A DNA stretch of 63,328 bases, counting the filler, from Octopus bimaculoides (Eukaryota): the NCBI RefSeq assembly GCF_001194135.2. It is 7 parts of 7 records of this genome, joined end to end, with 100 filler letters (N's around TTAATTAATTAA, not from the genome) between each part and the next. Parts side by side here need not be neighbours in the genome. Positions count along the whole stretch, not along the records: positions 1 to 28,775 come from NC_068982.1; 6 more parts are not named here. One strand, 5' to 3'. How positions within the stretch are numbered: the stretch's first letter is position 1; each line of letters begins with the position of its first letter. The notes under the pieces were generated by a model. It saw nothing but the letters and a program-made list of their open reading frames with translations. It was not told the DNA's origin and made no database searches. Both the position numbers and the translations under genes were made by a program. Positions 1-11,588 of the stretch are shown here, in pieces.

Positions 1-198
1 TAACAAAAACACCAGGACTTACAAATATATATAACATACAGAAAATTGCACTACTGGGTACTGCACACATCCTACGCAAAACACTTTCAATACAGTAACC
101 ATAAGAGCACCACAGCAAACCACAGCACATACCCAAGGCGCACAGAGCTGCGCTCAGTAGTGAAGTGAAAGCACGTTATAAAAATAAAACTACTGAAC

Positions 199-243
<45 letters not shown>
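1..243 (+). mobile_element. 3' end of R4/Dong-type (RLE) non-LTR retrotransposon with (TAA)n tail, family 1
   Basis: Frame from nt 3 reads TKTPGLTNIYNIQKIALLGTAHILRKTLSIQ* (stop 96-98), the typical C-terminus of R4-clade ORFs. A 3'UTR and (AAT)n follow. A homologous 3' end lies on the minus strand at 29505-29672. Confidence 0.8.
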
Positions 244-244
<1 letters not shown>

Positions 245-369
245 GTGAATTTGCGTGTGTAAACTGGGAATGCATACAATGAGCTTCTTTGCCCTAGGTG
301 TACGGAAAACACTCGGCGAAAAATGGAAGAAAATTTTGAAGAAAGAAGGAAAAAAGCAACATAATAATG

Positions 370-386
<17 letters not shown>
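244..386 (+). mobile_element. 3'UTR/tail of a second R4/Dong-type LINE family
   Basis: Matches the reverse complement of 22404-22512, the 3'UTR of the R4-like remnant there; ends in (AAT)n. Confidence 0.7.
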
Positions 387-434
<48 letters not shown>

Positions 435-466
435 AAGAAGAAGAAGAAGAAGAAGAAGAAGAAGAA
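362..466. repeat. compound (AAT)n(AAG)n microsatellite
   Basis: Read directly from the sequence. Confidence 0.95.
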
Positions 467-695
467 CCCCACCACTCTCAAAAATTAGGTTAAAAAACCT
501 GAAAAATAATCCAGAATCCTTGTCTGGTACCGGATCGACCCCAAAATCTAATCAGTTTGTTCCAGTCGTAAGATCAAACAACCTTGAAAGTTTCAGCCGA
601 ATCCATCCAGCGGTTCTTGAGATACCTTGTCCACGGACAAACAAACAAACAACACTGAATACTATACCCACGCCTTCGCTAAGGTAGAGGTCATA
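467..695 (+). mobile_element. unclassified non-autonomous repeat, possibly Helentron/HINE-like 3' part
   Basis: (CAAA)n followed by an imperfect subterminal hairpin ACCCACGCCTT-CGCT-AAGGTAGAGGT (666-691). Family assignment is by resemblance only. Confidence 0.3.
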
Positions 696-700
696 ATAAT

Positions 701-908
701 AATTATTTCTACTATAGGCACAAGGCCTTAGATTTTGTGGGAGAAGACCAGTCGGTCACATCGATTGCAGTGTGTGACTGGTACTTAATTTATCGATTCC
801 GAAGGGTGAAAGGCAAAGTCGACCACTGCGGAATTTGAACTCAGAACGTAGCGACTGGCGAAATACTAAACACTTGGACCGGCGCGCTAACGATTCTGCC
901 AATTTGCC
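701..908 (-). mobile_element. tRNA-derived SINE family A
   Basis: Reverse complement matches copies at 18649, 30329 and 50862 (GGCAGAATCGTTAGC...GTCGACTTTGCCTTTCA..GTCGATAAATTAAGTACCAGT). Confidence 0.85.
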
Positions 909-1147
909 ACTTTAATAATAATAAGCATCGTGGTGCGTAATCACGGGGATATGAGTTCGAGTCCACAGCTAGCCACCTACAGTTTTTTTCTGCAAAATAG
1001 TGGTAGCTTATCCTGTTCAGGCTATATTATTAGCATTATTCTGCGATTGAGAATTTAAAATCACTTCTTTAACTTTCTAAAAGATATCTCAACGCTTCTA
1101 AAAGCAAACTTCGTTTGTTTATTTACGTTTGTCGTAATTTGAATTTA

Positions 1148-1327
<180 letters not shown>

Positions 1328-1565
1328 CCTAGTAGCCTAGCTTAACTCTCTATGATATTATAACCTTCTTTTATCAAAAAAAAAAATTAGTTTATTATTA
1401 TTATTTATCATCATCACTTTATCATCATCACAATTACGATTATTATAATCATTATCTATGTTGTTATTATCCATATTTTATTACCCGATATCTGTAATGG
1501 CGTCTTAAACGCTTTACATGTTTGTTTACAAAACGTGTGCTCCCATCTATTGAATCGTCACTTGA

Positions 1566-1633
1566 TGGCAACGCTGAAGCTACGTGGCAACGCTGAAGCT
1601 ACGTGGCAACGCTGAAGCTACGTGGCAACGCTG
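1566..1633 (+). repeat. 19-bp tandem repeat TGGCAACGCTGAAGCTACG x3.6
   Basis: Three perfect units (1566, 1585, 1604) plus a partial unit, upstream of the pogo remnant. Confidence 0.95.
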
Positions 1634-1739
1634 CTAACGTTCGCTATATGAGGAAATCTTCGTTCAGTTGCTCACGAGACACAGAGATTTGTTGTACTTT
1701 CTGGATTTTATCTATACTGATATGGCTACAGGAGGAAAG

Positions 1740-2140
1740 ATGTTAAGTCACACTATCCGGTACAAGTTTCAAGTAGTAGACTACGCTAAAGAGCATGGAA
1801 ACAGAGCAGCAGTATGATATTTTGGCCCTCCTCCTACTAAAAAAACTGTACTTTCTGGCGGCCGCAAAAATATAAACTACAGCCAGCGAAGAAAGGAAAC
1901 CATAACCTTCGTTACTCAACCACACGCTCGCCTGAAATTGAGGAGATAAAATGTGGGTAGTAGATGCAAGAACTTCTGGCACAGTCGTTTCTACGAAAAT
2001 GATAAGCTATTTGATCAACAGAAGTACTTGTTCATTAATCAGCAGGATACGAATCAGAACAAATCAGCAGGATACAATGTATGACACTTCAAATCAAGAT
2101 GCTTCTAAACAGTTTCTGCCAACACAATTTCACTCATAAG
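1740..2140 (+). mobile_element. pogo-type transposase remnant (Brinker-like DBD + CENP-B HTH), disrupted
   Basis: Reads SHTIRYKFQVVDYAKEHGNRAAV*YFGPPPTKK, then after frameshifts MWVVDARTSGTVVSTKMI; resembles POGK-type N-termini. Confidence 0.65.
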
Positions 2141-2579
2141 ATTTGGATTGCTCTGCGATTATAGTAAATGACATTTACCCAACATTCCATGCAATGAGTC
2201 AAAGACAGGGATCTTATGATTGCGAAGTGAACTTCATAAGCACTCTATTAAAGCTGCCATTACAATTCTGAGTACTTCATTCTCTTATAAAATCATTATG
2301 TTCGTTTGACTAGATATAAGGTTAAATTTAGACAGGAGGAATATAGTTGATCTAATTGATCACCTATAGAACTTATTTAATTGATTCTAGTTTCATTTGA
2401 ACTCAGCTTCGAAAAAACTAAAACGAATACTATAAAAACCTGGTTTTCTGCCTACTATTTTGGCCATCTCTATTAAGCCCTCTTTCCGACCTCTACTCGC
2501 TTCATCACGTGCTTGAGTCCAGATTATATTAATTTCATTGGAGAAGTAAAATCGATTAATTTAAGTCTTTTACTTTTGC

Positions 2580-2745
2580 AGGTGCTCTCATCACTCTATA
2601 GTTAAGAAATTCACTTCAGAACCAGAAGTTTTCAGGTTTTATTCTACTGCACGGCACCTTGATCAACACGAGGCGACACTCTGCCATAGTTTTCAGTTGC
2701 AAAATAGCTTGTCAGTTGAATTTAGTTGATTGAAACCTGTCATGC
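2580..2745 (+). mobile_element. diverged SINE family D head
   Basis: tRNA-like head plus GGCACCTTG..CAA core, similar to 33810 and 62569. Confidence 0.6.
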
Positions 2746-3043
2746 GCGTGCATAAAATGCACACATGCATATGCGCACACATGTACAGACATATCATGTC
2801 ATATGCTTTTAATATTCTCCTTAGCACGGTAGTTTAGTACAATATGTCGGCTATTCGATACATAAAAATCGATAAAATAAATAGCAGGTTAATACGTTTA
2901 TCTTATGATGAAATTTCTTAACGGTAGTTCGCTTGCATAGTCACACTTTGATGATTGAAACCAGTTAAACATAAGATCTCAGTTTAGGATATATTGGTGT
3001 TAAACAGTAAAAACTGAAATGAAAAGAAAACATGTTTGCTTAC

Positions 3044-3237
3044 AATAACAGTTTGTTGTTGTTCTTGTTGTGGTTGTTGTTGCACTGGAAGAAGTGAAGG
3101 GTAACCATATCCTGGGGTATATCCAGGTTGTGGTGGATATCCAGGTTGTGTTTGTTGTTCAGAAGTTGTAGCTGAGAATCCAGGGTTTTCATAGTATCCT
3201 GGTGGATTATTTTTCGGTTTCTCAGTGTTTGAATTAT
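3044..3237 (-). CDS. internal coding exon of an unidentified host gene (PGY/Q-rich low-complexity N-terminal region)
   Basis: Acceptor TTTCTTTTTACAG| and donor |GTAAGC. 194 nt (2 nt + 64 codons), open: xNSNTEKPKNNPPGYYENPGFSATTSEQQTQPGYPPQPGYTPGYGYPSLLPVQQQPQQEQQQTVI. Phase 1 in, phase 0 out. Confidence 0.8.
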
Positions 3238-3529
3238 CTGTAAAAAGAAATTAGATTCCACATGAGATAATTTCGAAGTGTACAACCCTCACAAAATTAA
3301 TTAATCAACAAATTTTATATGAGTGTAATGTGAATTGAGTGTATTTAGTGATTGATCACTTACAATTGTGAGATTATATTTTGGTAGAGATGCTGAAATA
3401 AGATAGAAAAACGTCTGAGCTTATTTTCTATAATTGCCGGGAAAATTAATATCTGATGTGTGTCTATGATATACCGAATAAAAAAGAGGAAACGTATGAA
3501 ATGAAATTTCCATAAATTTCTTATAAGTT

Positions 3530-3766
3530 GATTAGGTACATTCGTGGTTGTGAGGTTAAGAAAATTCCTTCTAAACTATGTGGTCTCCATTTCAGTCCCA
3601 CTATTCGGCAGCTTGGTCAAGTGTTTTCTATTCTAGAGCCGGAACCATCAAAGACTTGTGAATGGGTTTTGTAGATGGAAACTGAAAAATCTCACTGGAT
3701 AGTTAGATAGATAGACATATACTTTTACTTGTTTCAGTCATTTGACTACAGCCATCCTGAAGCACT
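3530..3766. mobile_element. SINE family D head (+) followed by family D tail fragment (-)
   Basis: Head ends GTAGATGGAAACTGAAA. Tail TTTTACTTGTTTCAGTCATTTGACT matches 25558 and 32845. Confidence 0.7.
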
Positions 3767-3899
3767 GAAATATCTGTACAAGTAGGAACTTGTACAGATA
3801 TTTCTACTTTATTCCTTCTTGTACAGATATTTCTAATTTATTCCTATTTTATTTTATTTGTATTGTTTAAATAGTAGGATACATTATTTGAATTTATAA

Positions 3900-3986
3900 A
3901 GACCTGAAGAGTGACTTCATTCTGAGTAGAATTTATCTTGATCGATTTATTTCTGCTATTATGGGGCCACGAAACGCGCGTACTCT
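3900..3986 (+). ncRNA. minimal type-I hammerhead-like motif (PLE pLTR type)
   Basis: AGAC-CUGAAGA(3904-3910)-GUG...CAC-GAA-ACGCGCGU-A(3982)-CUCU. Palindromic stem III; stem I has one C-C mismatch. Confidence 0.6.
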
Positions 3987-4196
3987 ACAATTCACTTTCT
4001 TTTTTATCAACTTACTAAACTGAATTAAAGTTTTAGTCTAGTATTTTATAGATTTTCATGGATTATAAACTTTTCTTTTAGATTTTATAGATTTTTAAAT
4101 TAGTATTTTGTAGAGTATGTTTTTATTGATGGTATCTGATCTCCTTCATTGTTTGAATTGCATTTTGGTGGTTCTTCTCTAAATTATTAATATACT

Positions 4197-4519
4197 GACA
4201 CTGAGGTAAAATATACAAAGTCCAGTATATTCATCATGACTACCCGTCTGATAAGGGTACACCAGGTACATGCATCACAACCATGTGTACCCGACATGGT
4301 GATCTCATATCAAGATTACCAGCGCATGGCCTTGTAGGTGGGGCCCAGCTAGAATTTTCTTCAGATCGATTAGCCCATCCCGCTCAAAAGGTCCCTGAAT
4401 AAGGGTTGTTTAAGGATGTTGAAGGAAACACTCATGTTTCCAGAGGTGAATTATCAAAACCCCAAAGAATTTCTTTCAGCACATGACTATGATGCTCCCC
4501 CACTACTTCTGCTCGTGAT

Positions 4520-4530
<11 letters not shown>
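4197..4530 (-). mobile_element. unclassified interspersed repeat
   Basis: Its 4465-4525 end is homologous to the reverse complement of about 40570-40640. Confidence 0.5.
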
Positions 4531-4596
<66 letters not shown>

Positions 4597-7464
4597 ACAC
4601 ACACATGAAAATGCAGAATACATACATACAAACGCACGCACATACATGCATATGCACACATACGCACACACAAACATACATGCATATAGACACGTGCATA
4701 CATCCATCCATACATATATACATATGTATGCGCACACACACTGATCCACACACATGCGCACAAACAAAAAGAACGCAGCTTCGATAACGGACGAAAATAA
4801 GTAAACGAGTGGAAATTTTACCGGTGAGTGTGTTAAATTATAAGGTACTAAAAGAGGATGACTCTCCCTAGACACAACAAAATATGCTTCAACACATGAA
4901 CACACATAAAGAATCTTGTAAACCAAATCCCAAAACGAAATAAAATAAGTTTTGGCCAAGCTAGCAAGACGCTGAGAAACACCGTGTGCTGATGTCTAAA
5001 AATCAAGACAGCTACCCAACAGCTCCACTTCATTAAAACATACATTTCTAAGTTATACACGAAAACTGTCAATTCGTCTGTCAAGCGGCTAGGACTCACA
5101 GAACATCAAGCAACTAAAACACACGATGTTACAAAACATCACTAAAAGATAATGACTCCAGACACAACAGTATANNNNNNNNNNNNNNNNNNNNNNNNNN
5201 NNNNNNNNNNNNNNNNNNNNNNNNNNNNNNNNNNNNNNNNNNNNNNNNNNNNNNNNNNNNNNNNNNNNNNNNNNNNNNNNNNNNNNNNNNNNNNNNNNNN
5301 NNNNNNNNNNNNNNNNNNNNNNNNNNNNNNNNNNNNNNNNNNNNNNNNNNNNNNNNNNNNNNNNNNNNNNNNNNNNNNNNNNNNNNNNNNNNNNNNNNNN
5401 NNNNNNNNNNNNNNNNNNNNNNNNNNNNNNNNNNNNNNNNNNNNNNNNNNNNNNNNNNNNNNNNNNNNNNNNNNNNNNNNNNNNNNNNNNNNNNNNNNNN
5501 NNNNNNNNNNNNNNNNNNNNNNNNNNNNNNNNNNNNNNNNNNNNNNNNNNNNNNNNNNNNNNNNNNNNNNNNNNNNNNNNNNNNNNNNNNNNNNNNNNNN
5601 NNNNNNNNNNNNNNNNNNNNNNNNNNNNNNNNNNNNNNNNNNNNNNNNNNNNNNNNNNNNNNNNNNNNNNNNNNNNNNNNNNNNNNNNNNNNNNNNNNNN
5701 NNNNNNNNNNNNNNNNNNNNNNNNNNNNNNNNNNNNNNNNNNNNNNNNNNNNNNNNNNNNNNNNNNNNNNNNNNNNNNNNNNNNNNNNNNNNNNNNNNNN
5801 NNNNNNNNNNNNNNNNNNNNNNNNNNNNNNNNNNNNNNNNNNNNNNNNNNNNNNNNNNNNNNNNNNNNNNNNNNNNNNNNNNNNNNNNNNNNNNNNNNNN
5901 NNNNNNNNNNNNNNNNNNNNNNNNNNNNNNNNNNNNNNNNNNNNNNNNNNNNNNNNNNNNNNNNNNNNNNNNNNNNNNNNNNNNNNNNNNNNNNNNNNNN
6001 NNNNNNNNNNNNNNNNNNNAGCTGAGATGTTACATGGTCAGTGACCGTTAGAAGGTTTGTTTACATAGAGTTATGACGGGGTCACCGATATTATTCCACG
6101 GGCTTTAGGCATAAGAACGCTAGTTTACATAGAAATATAAAGGGAGGGTGTTATTGATGTGAAGCTAAAGGTTGTGGTCAAGGAGTTATTCGGGTGGGTG
6201 AGGGGAGATAATTAAAGTGAGTGTTCCCATATGTGTCTGCTAGCGTGCAGACACCTATTTACAAACATGTACGTGTGGGCACATACACACATACATATGT
6301 GCACACCCATGTGTACATACCCACACACCCACATACACCCATACACATACACACACACACACAGACAGAAACCTCCACATGCACATATGTACACACACGC
6401 GCTCGCCTATACATACGTGCCTGTATCTATACCTACTTCCCTGTATATGTACAAACATGCAAGTATCCACACCCGCACACTCATACATACGTGTACACGC
6501 ACACACACATGCATGTATATATGCATNNNNNNNNNNNNNNNNNNNNNNNNNNNNNNNNNNNNNNNNNNNNNNNNNNNNNNNNNNNNNNNNNNNNNNNNNN
6601 NNNNNNNNNNNNNNNNNNNNNNNNNNNNNNNNNNNNNNNNNNNNNNNNNNNNNNNNNNNNNNNNNNNNNNNNNNNNNNNNNNNNNNNNNNNNNNNNNNNN
6701 NNNNNNNNNNNNNNNNNNNNNNNNNNNNNNNNNNNNNNNNNNNNNNNNNNNNNNNNNNNNNNNNNNNNNNNNNNNNNNNNNNNNNNNNNNNNNNNNNNNN
6801 NNNNNNNNNNNNNNNNNNNNNNNNNNNNNNNNNNNNNNNNNNNNNNNNNNNNNNNNNNNNNNNNNNNNNNNNNNNNNNNNNNNNNNNNNNNNNNNNNNNN
6901 NNNNNNNNNNNNNNNNNNNNNNNNNNNNNNNNNNNNNNNNNNNNNNNNNNNNNNNNNNNNNNNNNNNNNNNNNNNNNNNNNNNNNNNNNNNNNNNNNNNN
7001 NNNNNNNNNNNNNNNNNNNNNNNNNNNNNNNNNNNNNNNNNNNNNNNNNNNNNNNNNNNNNNNNNNNNNNNNNNNNNNNNNNNNNNNNNNNNNNNNNNNN
7101 NNNNNNNNNNNNNNNNNNNNNNNNNNNNNNNNNNNNNNNNNNNNNNNNNNNNNNNNNNNNNNNNNNNNNNNNNNNNNNNNNNNNNNNNNNNNNNNNNNNN
7201 NNNNNNNNNNNNNNNNNNNNNNNNNNNNNNNNNNNNNNNNNNNNNNNNNNNNNNNNNNNNNNNNNNNNNNNNNNNNNNNNNNNNNNNNNNNNNNNNNNNN
7301 NNNNNNNNNNNNNNNNNNNNNNNNNNNNNNNNNNNNNNNNNNNNNNNNNNNNNNNNNNNNNNNNNNNNNNNNNNNNNNNNNNNNNNNNNNNNNNNNNNNN
7401 NNNNNNNNNNNNNNNNNNNNNNNNNNNNNNNNNNNNNNNNNNNNNNNNNNNNNNNNNNNNNNNN

Positions 7465-8110
7465 CTTATCATAGGGCACTGAGGTGGCCAGTATAGACCA
7501 TTCCAAAGAGAATTGCTTATTGCAATCCTTCAGTTCCCAAATAAATTTACTTAGGCCAGTGGTGCTAGCTTTATTTCTATCTCTAAACGACGAATAATGA
7601 TTCGAGATTCTCTTGGATATCTGTGTCGATGAGCTACATACATAATATGTGACATCAGTGTTGGAAGTTACCTTGCATTGATACACTACATTTTTGGTCC
7701 TTAAATTCTCACTCAAAAACCTGATTCTATTAGGATTTAATTCCGATATGCTAATCCTGTTGCTAATCCTATTATTGTTACAGATATTTATGCGATTCAC
7801 TATATTGGGCATACTACCTATATCAGCATTTAACTGATTAGTGTCGTCATTTGTGTGGGTTAAATTGTTGGAGTAATTATTACTGCTACCGGTTTGAACA
7901 TTCCTAATATTATGGTTATGATTGGGATGGTCGTCTATAGATGAATCTAAAAATCTGACATTGTGTGAATATATTATTTGTAACAAATTTTTGGTGTTCG
8001 AGAATCCAAATCTAACCTTATGCGAGTTGATAATTGGGTAATAGTGGGAGCCTTTAGGGAAATTCCTACTCACCGCATCTTGGAACTGTCTTGCTAATAA
8101 ATGTTTTATT
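7465..8110 (-). mobile_element. Penelope-like element ORF fragment (RT thumb/linker + GIY-YIG endonuclease)
   Basis: NFPKGSHYYPIINSHKVRFGFSNTKNLLQIIYSHN...LRTKNVVYQCKV..YYVCSSSTQISKRISNHYSSF..STTGLSKFIWELKD..FSLEWSIL; runs into a gap. Confidence 0.85.
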
Positions 8111-8116
8111 ATGTTC

Positions 8117-8204
8117 TCCCCGATGAGAAACAAGTGATGATTCCAGCAACCCTTTCCTTTTTTTGTGAAATGGCCCTCACTTGCTTCGAAACATATATGT
8201 AGGA
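8117..8204 (+). ncRNA. hammerhead-like motif, core variant CCGAUGA
   Basis: UCC-CCGAUGA(8120-8126), stem II GAAACAAGUGA/UCACUUGCUUC (10 of 11 pairs), GAA-ACAUAUAUGU-A(8201)-GGA. Confidence 0.6.
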
Positions 8205-8422
8205 ATTAAAGGAACTTTCATCGACATGCGTTTTGCTCCATTTNNNNNNNNNNNNNNNNNNNNNNNNNNNNNNNNNNNNNNNNNNNNNNNNNNNNNNNNN
8301 NNNNNNNNNNNNNNNNNNNNNNNNNNNNNNNNNNNNNNNNNNNNNNNNNNNNNNNNNNNNNNNNNNNNNNNNNNNNNNNNNNNNNNNNNNNNNNNNNNNN
8401 NNNNNNNNNNNNNNNNNNNNNN

Positions 8423-8453
<31 letters not shown>

Positions 8454-9592
8454 ATTTATATACTCTTTTCCTTACTATGATAGACATAGTAAGGAAAGAT
8501 AAGGTGAGGACTTCAATTAAGCCGTTAATAAAATCTATGGTATTCCATCCTGTGGTATGTAGATGAATAAAGTTACTCTCAAGAGGAATTTCTGCAGGCT
8601 GCAGTTTACATCGTGATTCCATTATACTGGGGGGAAAAGCGAGGGTAGTATGCTATGTGGTGGGTTTAATGGTATGATCCATGTTACAGGGGTTAGAGGT
8701 TAGATGCTAACCGCATTTTAATAGATATAACATTATAAAGGATTTTAAACCCATTAGATTAATCCCATTAGATTAAACCCATTGGGGGAATTTTAATCCA
8801 TGAGTATATTAGTGAAAGAAAATTGGGTGAAACTTAAATGCGATGCTAATATTCGTCCATCCTTATGTGTAGTAGGGCGGTCAAATTCCGTCCTACAACC
8901 CAATTGGTCATCTAGTATGCAAAAACAATGGTGTAGTTCAAGTCCGTTAGGGCTATCAATGAATTCTAGCAAAACAAGTAAAACAAAACAGAAGGATAAA
9001 AATCAAGTAAAACAGAAATAAAATACAAATACAGATGATTACGAATATAAATATCAATATAAGAATATGAGAATATTTCAGTCATATTTAGTCTTGGGTG
9101 TTTCTACCTATGGACGAGTATGTAAATAGTGTTTTTATTTGAATATATCCGAGATACATATCTAATCAAAGAATATTTTTGTACGGGTGAAATAGAGGGA
9201 GAAGTNNNNNNNNNNGTTGAGTAAACAAATGATAAACGGACGCCAATGGATTCTATCGTCGTTAAGTAGCCCGATTTTGTATTATCCTTGTAGATAAGCA
9301 ACGCTAAAACATATACTAGTATAGGATAGTATTTATGGAGTGTTATTACGTTGTGGGTAGGTCTGAGTAATAATTACAAGTTTACTATTAAAGTCCAAAA
9401 TTCAAGTGTTAATATGGACGTGTCTGGGTTAAAACGCTTATTTTTAGGCTAGTGGATTATAGTTGAAAGGAGATAACTGTGTATTTCAATTAATTCTAGA
9501 CTATAATACATTCCTATACATTAATAATACATACACTTTCACACACACACACACGCACATATATCCATATATACACTCACACACACACACAT

Positions 9593-9657
<65 letters not shown>

Positions 9658-9949
9658 NNNNNNNNNNNNNNNNNNNNNNNNNNNNNNNNNNNNNNNNNNN
9701 NNNNNNNNNNNNNNNNNNNNNNNNNNNNNNNNNNNNNNNNNNNNNNNNNNNNNNNNNNNNNNNNNNNNNNNNNNNNNNNNNNNNNNNNNNNNNNNNNNNN
9801 NNNNNNNNNNNNNNNNNNNNNNNNNNNNNNNNNNNNNNNNNNNNNNNNNNNNNNNNNNNNNNNNNNNNNNNNNNNNNNNNNNNNNNNNNNNNNNNNNNNN
9901 NNNNNNNNNNNNNNNNNNNNNNNNNNNNNNNNNNNNNNNNNNNNNNNNN

Positions 9950-9989
<40 letters not shown>

Positions 9990-10003
9990 CATATACATAT
10001 ATA

Positions 10004-10152
10004 CGACGGGCTTCTTTCAATTTCCGTCTACCAAATCCACTCACAAGGCTTTGGTCGGCCCGAGGCCATAGTAGAAGACACTTGCCCAAGGTGCCACGCA
10101 GTGGGACTGAACCCGGAACCCTGTGGTTCGTAAGCACAGCCACTCCTACGCC
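10004..10152 (-). mobile_element. SINE family D head (tRNA + CORE-like segment)
   Basis: Reverse complement GGCGTAGGAGTGGCTGTG..GGTTCAGTCCCACTGCGTGGCACCTTGGGCAAGTGTC..GAAAGAAGCCCGTCGT. Confidence 0.85.
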
Positions 10153-10399
10153 TATATATATATACATATAAATATATATACAGATACATACACACACATA
10201 CAGTGTTGTGAAGCACAAATATTAGGAGAGGAAGAACAACAATATAATGAACAACATTAGGAAAAGATAGCACTCACTATTAAGTGTATATATTAGGGAA
10301 AATATTATTATTATCGAGACGGATACTAGCACTAGTAATAGTTAATATTATTGGTTAATATTAATGTTAATATTAATATTTTCCCTTATGTATACACTT

Positions 10400-10681
10400 G
10401 TGGAGGCGCGTGGCTTAGTGGTTAGGGTGTCAACATCATGATCGTAAGATTGTGGTTTCGATTCCTGGACCAGGCGACGCGTTGTGTCCTTGAGCTAAAC
10501 ACTTCATTTCACGTTGCTCCAGTCCACTCAGTCCACTCCAGTCCACTCAGCTGGCAAAAATGAGTAACGCTGCGATGGACTGGCGTCCCGTCCACATGGG
10601 GGAACACATACGCCATTGAAACTGGGGAAACCGGGCCCATGAGCCTGGCTAGGCTTTAAAAGGGCGCATTTATTTATTATT
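10400..10681 (+). mobile_element. tRNA-derived SINE family B with 9-bp TSD
   Basis: A box TGGCTTAGTGG, B box GTTTCGATTCC; TATACACTT flanks both sides. Confidence 0.85.
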
Positions 10682-10794
10682 CATATATACACTTAATAGT
10701 GAGTGCTATCTTTGCCTAATGTTGTTCATTATGCTGTTGTTTCTCTCCTAATATTTGTGCTTAAGAACACTCTATGAGTGTGTATATGCATATA

Positions 10795-10838
<44 letters not shown>

Positions 10839-11200
10839 TGTATATATGGATATTTGTGTGTCTATGTGGGTGTGTAAGTGTATGTATGTGTGTGGGTATA
10901 AACAGATATAGATATAGATATAAATATCCAATTACTCCAGTTTATCATTGGGATGTTACTCCATACTCTTATTAGCAATAATCTCTATGCATTCAATTTA
11001 AACACTCACTTTAAACACCAATTAGAGACCACTCGTGTGACTGGGTATTTATAACTACCAGTACTTGTACATCTAGGTGGATTAGAATACATCCAACACA
11101 TTAACACTACAAGTATATCCCACCATCCCCACAAGAGCCAGTATAACCCTTATTGCAACTATAAACCCATATGAACCCTAGGTTAATATTCTACAACTTA

Positions 11201-11588
11201 TTGTGTTGTTGGCACTCCGTCGCTTACGACGACGAGGGTTCCAGTTGATCCGATCAACGGAACAGCCTGCTCGTGAAATTAACGTGCAAGTGGCTGAGCA
11301 CTCCACAGACACGTGTACCCTTAACGTAGTTCTCGGGGATATTCGGCGTGACAGATAGTGTGACAAGGCTGGCCCTTTGAATTACAGGCACAACAGAAAC
11401 AGGAAGAGTGAGAGAAAGTTGTGGTGAAAGAGTACAGCAGGGTTCGCCACTATCCCCTGCCGGAGCCTCGTGGAGCTTTAGGTGTTTTCGCTCAATAAAC
11501 ACTCACAACGCCCGGTTTGGGAATCGAAATCGCGATCCTATGACCGCGAGTCCGCTGCCCTAACCACTAGGCCATTGCGCCTCCACAC
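11201..11588 (-). mobile_element. full-length tRNA-derived SINE family C with 11-bp TSD
   Basis: A/B boxes; TSD TCTACAACTTA at 11190-11200 and 11589-11599; highly similar to 34409-34748. Confidence 0.9.

Noticed and set aside
87-687. Poly-L/F/I/N/K/R and HT/YI/CV-repeat ORFs here and throughout
   Set aside because: Translations of microsatellites.
1566-1633. CRISPR-like or regulatory array
   Set aside because: Contiguous tandem units without spacers, in eukaryotic context.
2560-2590. Plus-strand acceptor-like TTTTACTTTTGCAG
   Set aside because: Followed by a SINE head, with no open exon or donor.
4345-4372. CUGAAGA on the minus strand in an unclassified repeat
   Set aside because: No stem II or GAAA follows.
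5152-7496. Long ORFs in the track spanning N runs (also at 19.3, 23.4, 25.7, 35.3, 38.0, 41.9, 43.5 and 52-53 kb)
   Set aside because: Open only because Ns contain no stops.
10400-10480. SINE heads as genuine tRNA genes
   Set aside because: No acceptor-stem closure or terminator; they continue into SINE bodies with TSDs.
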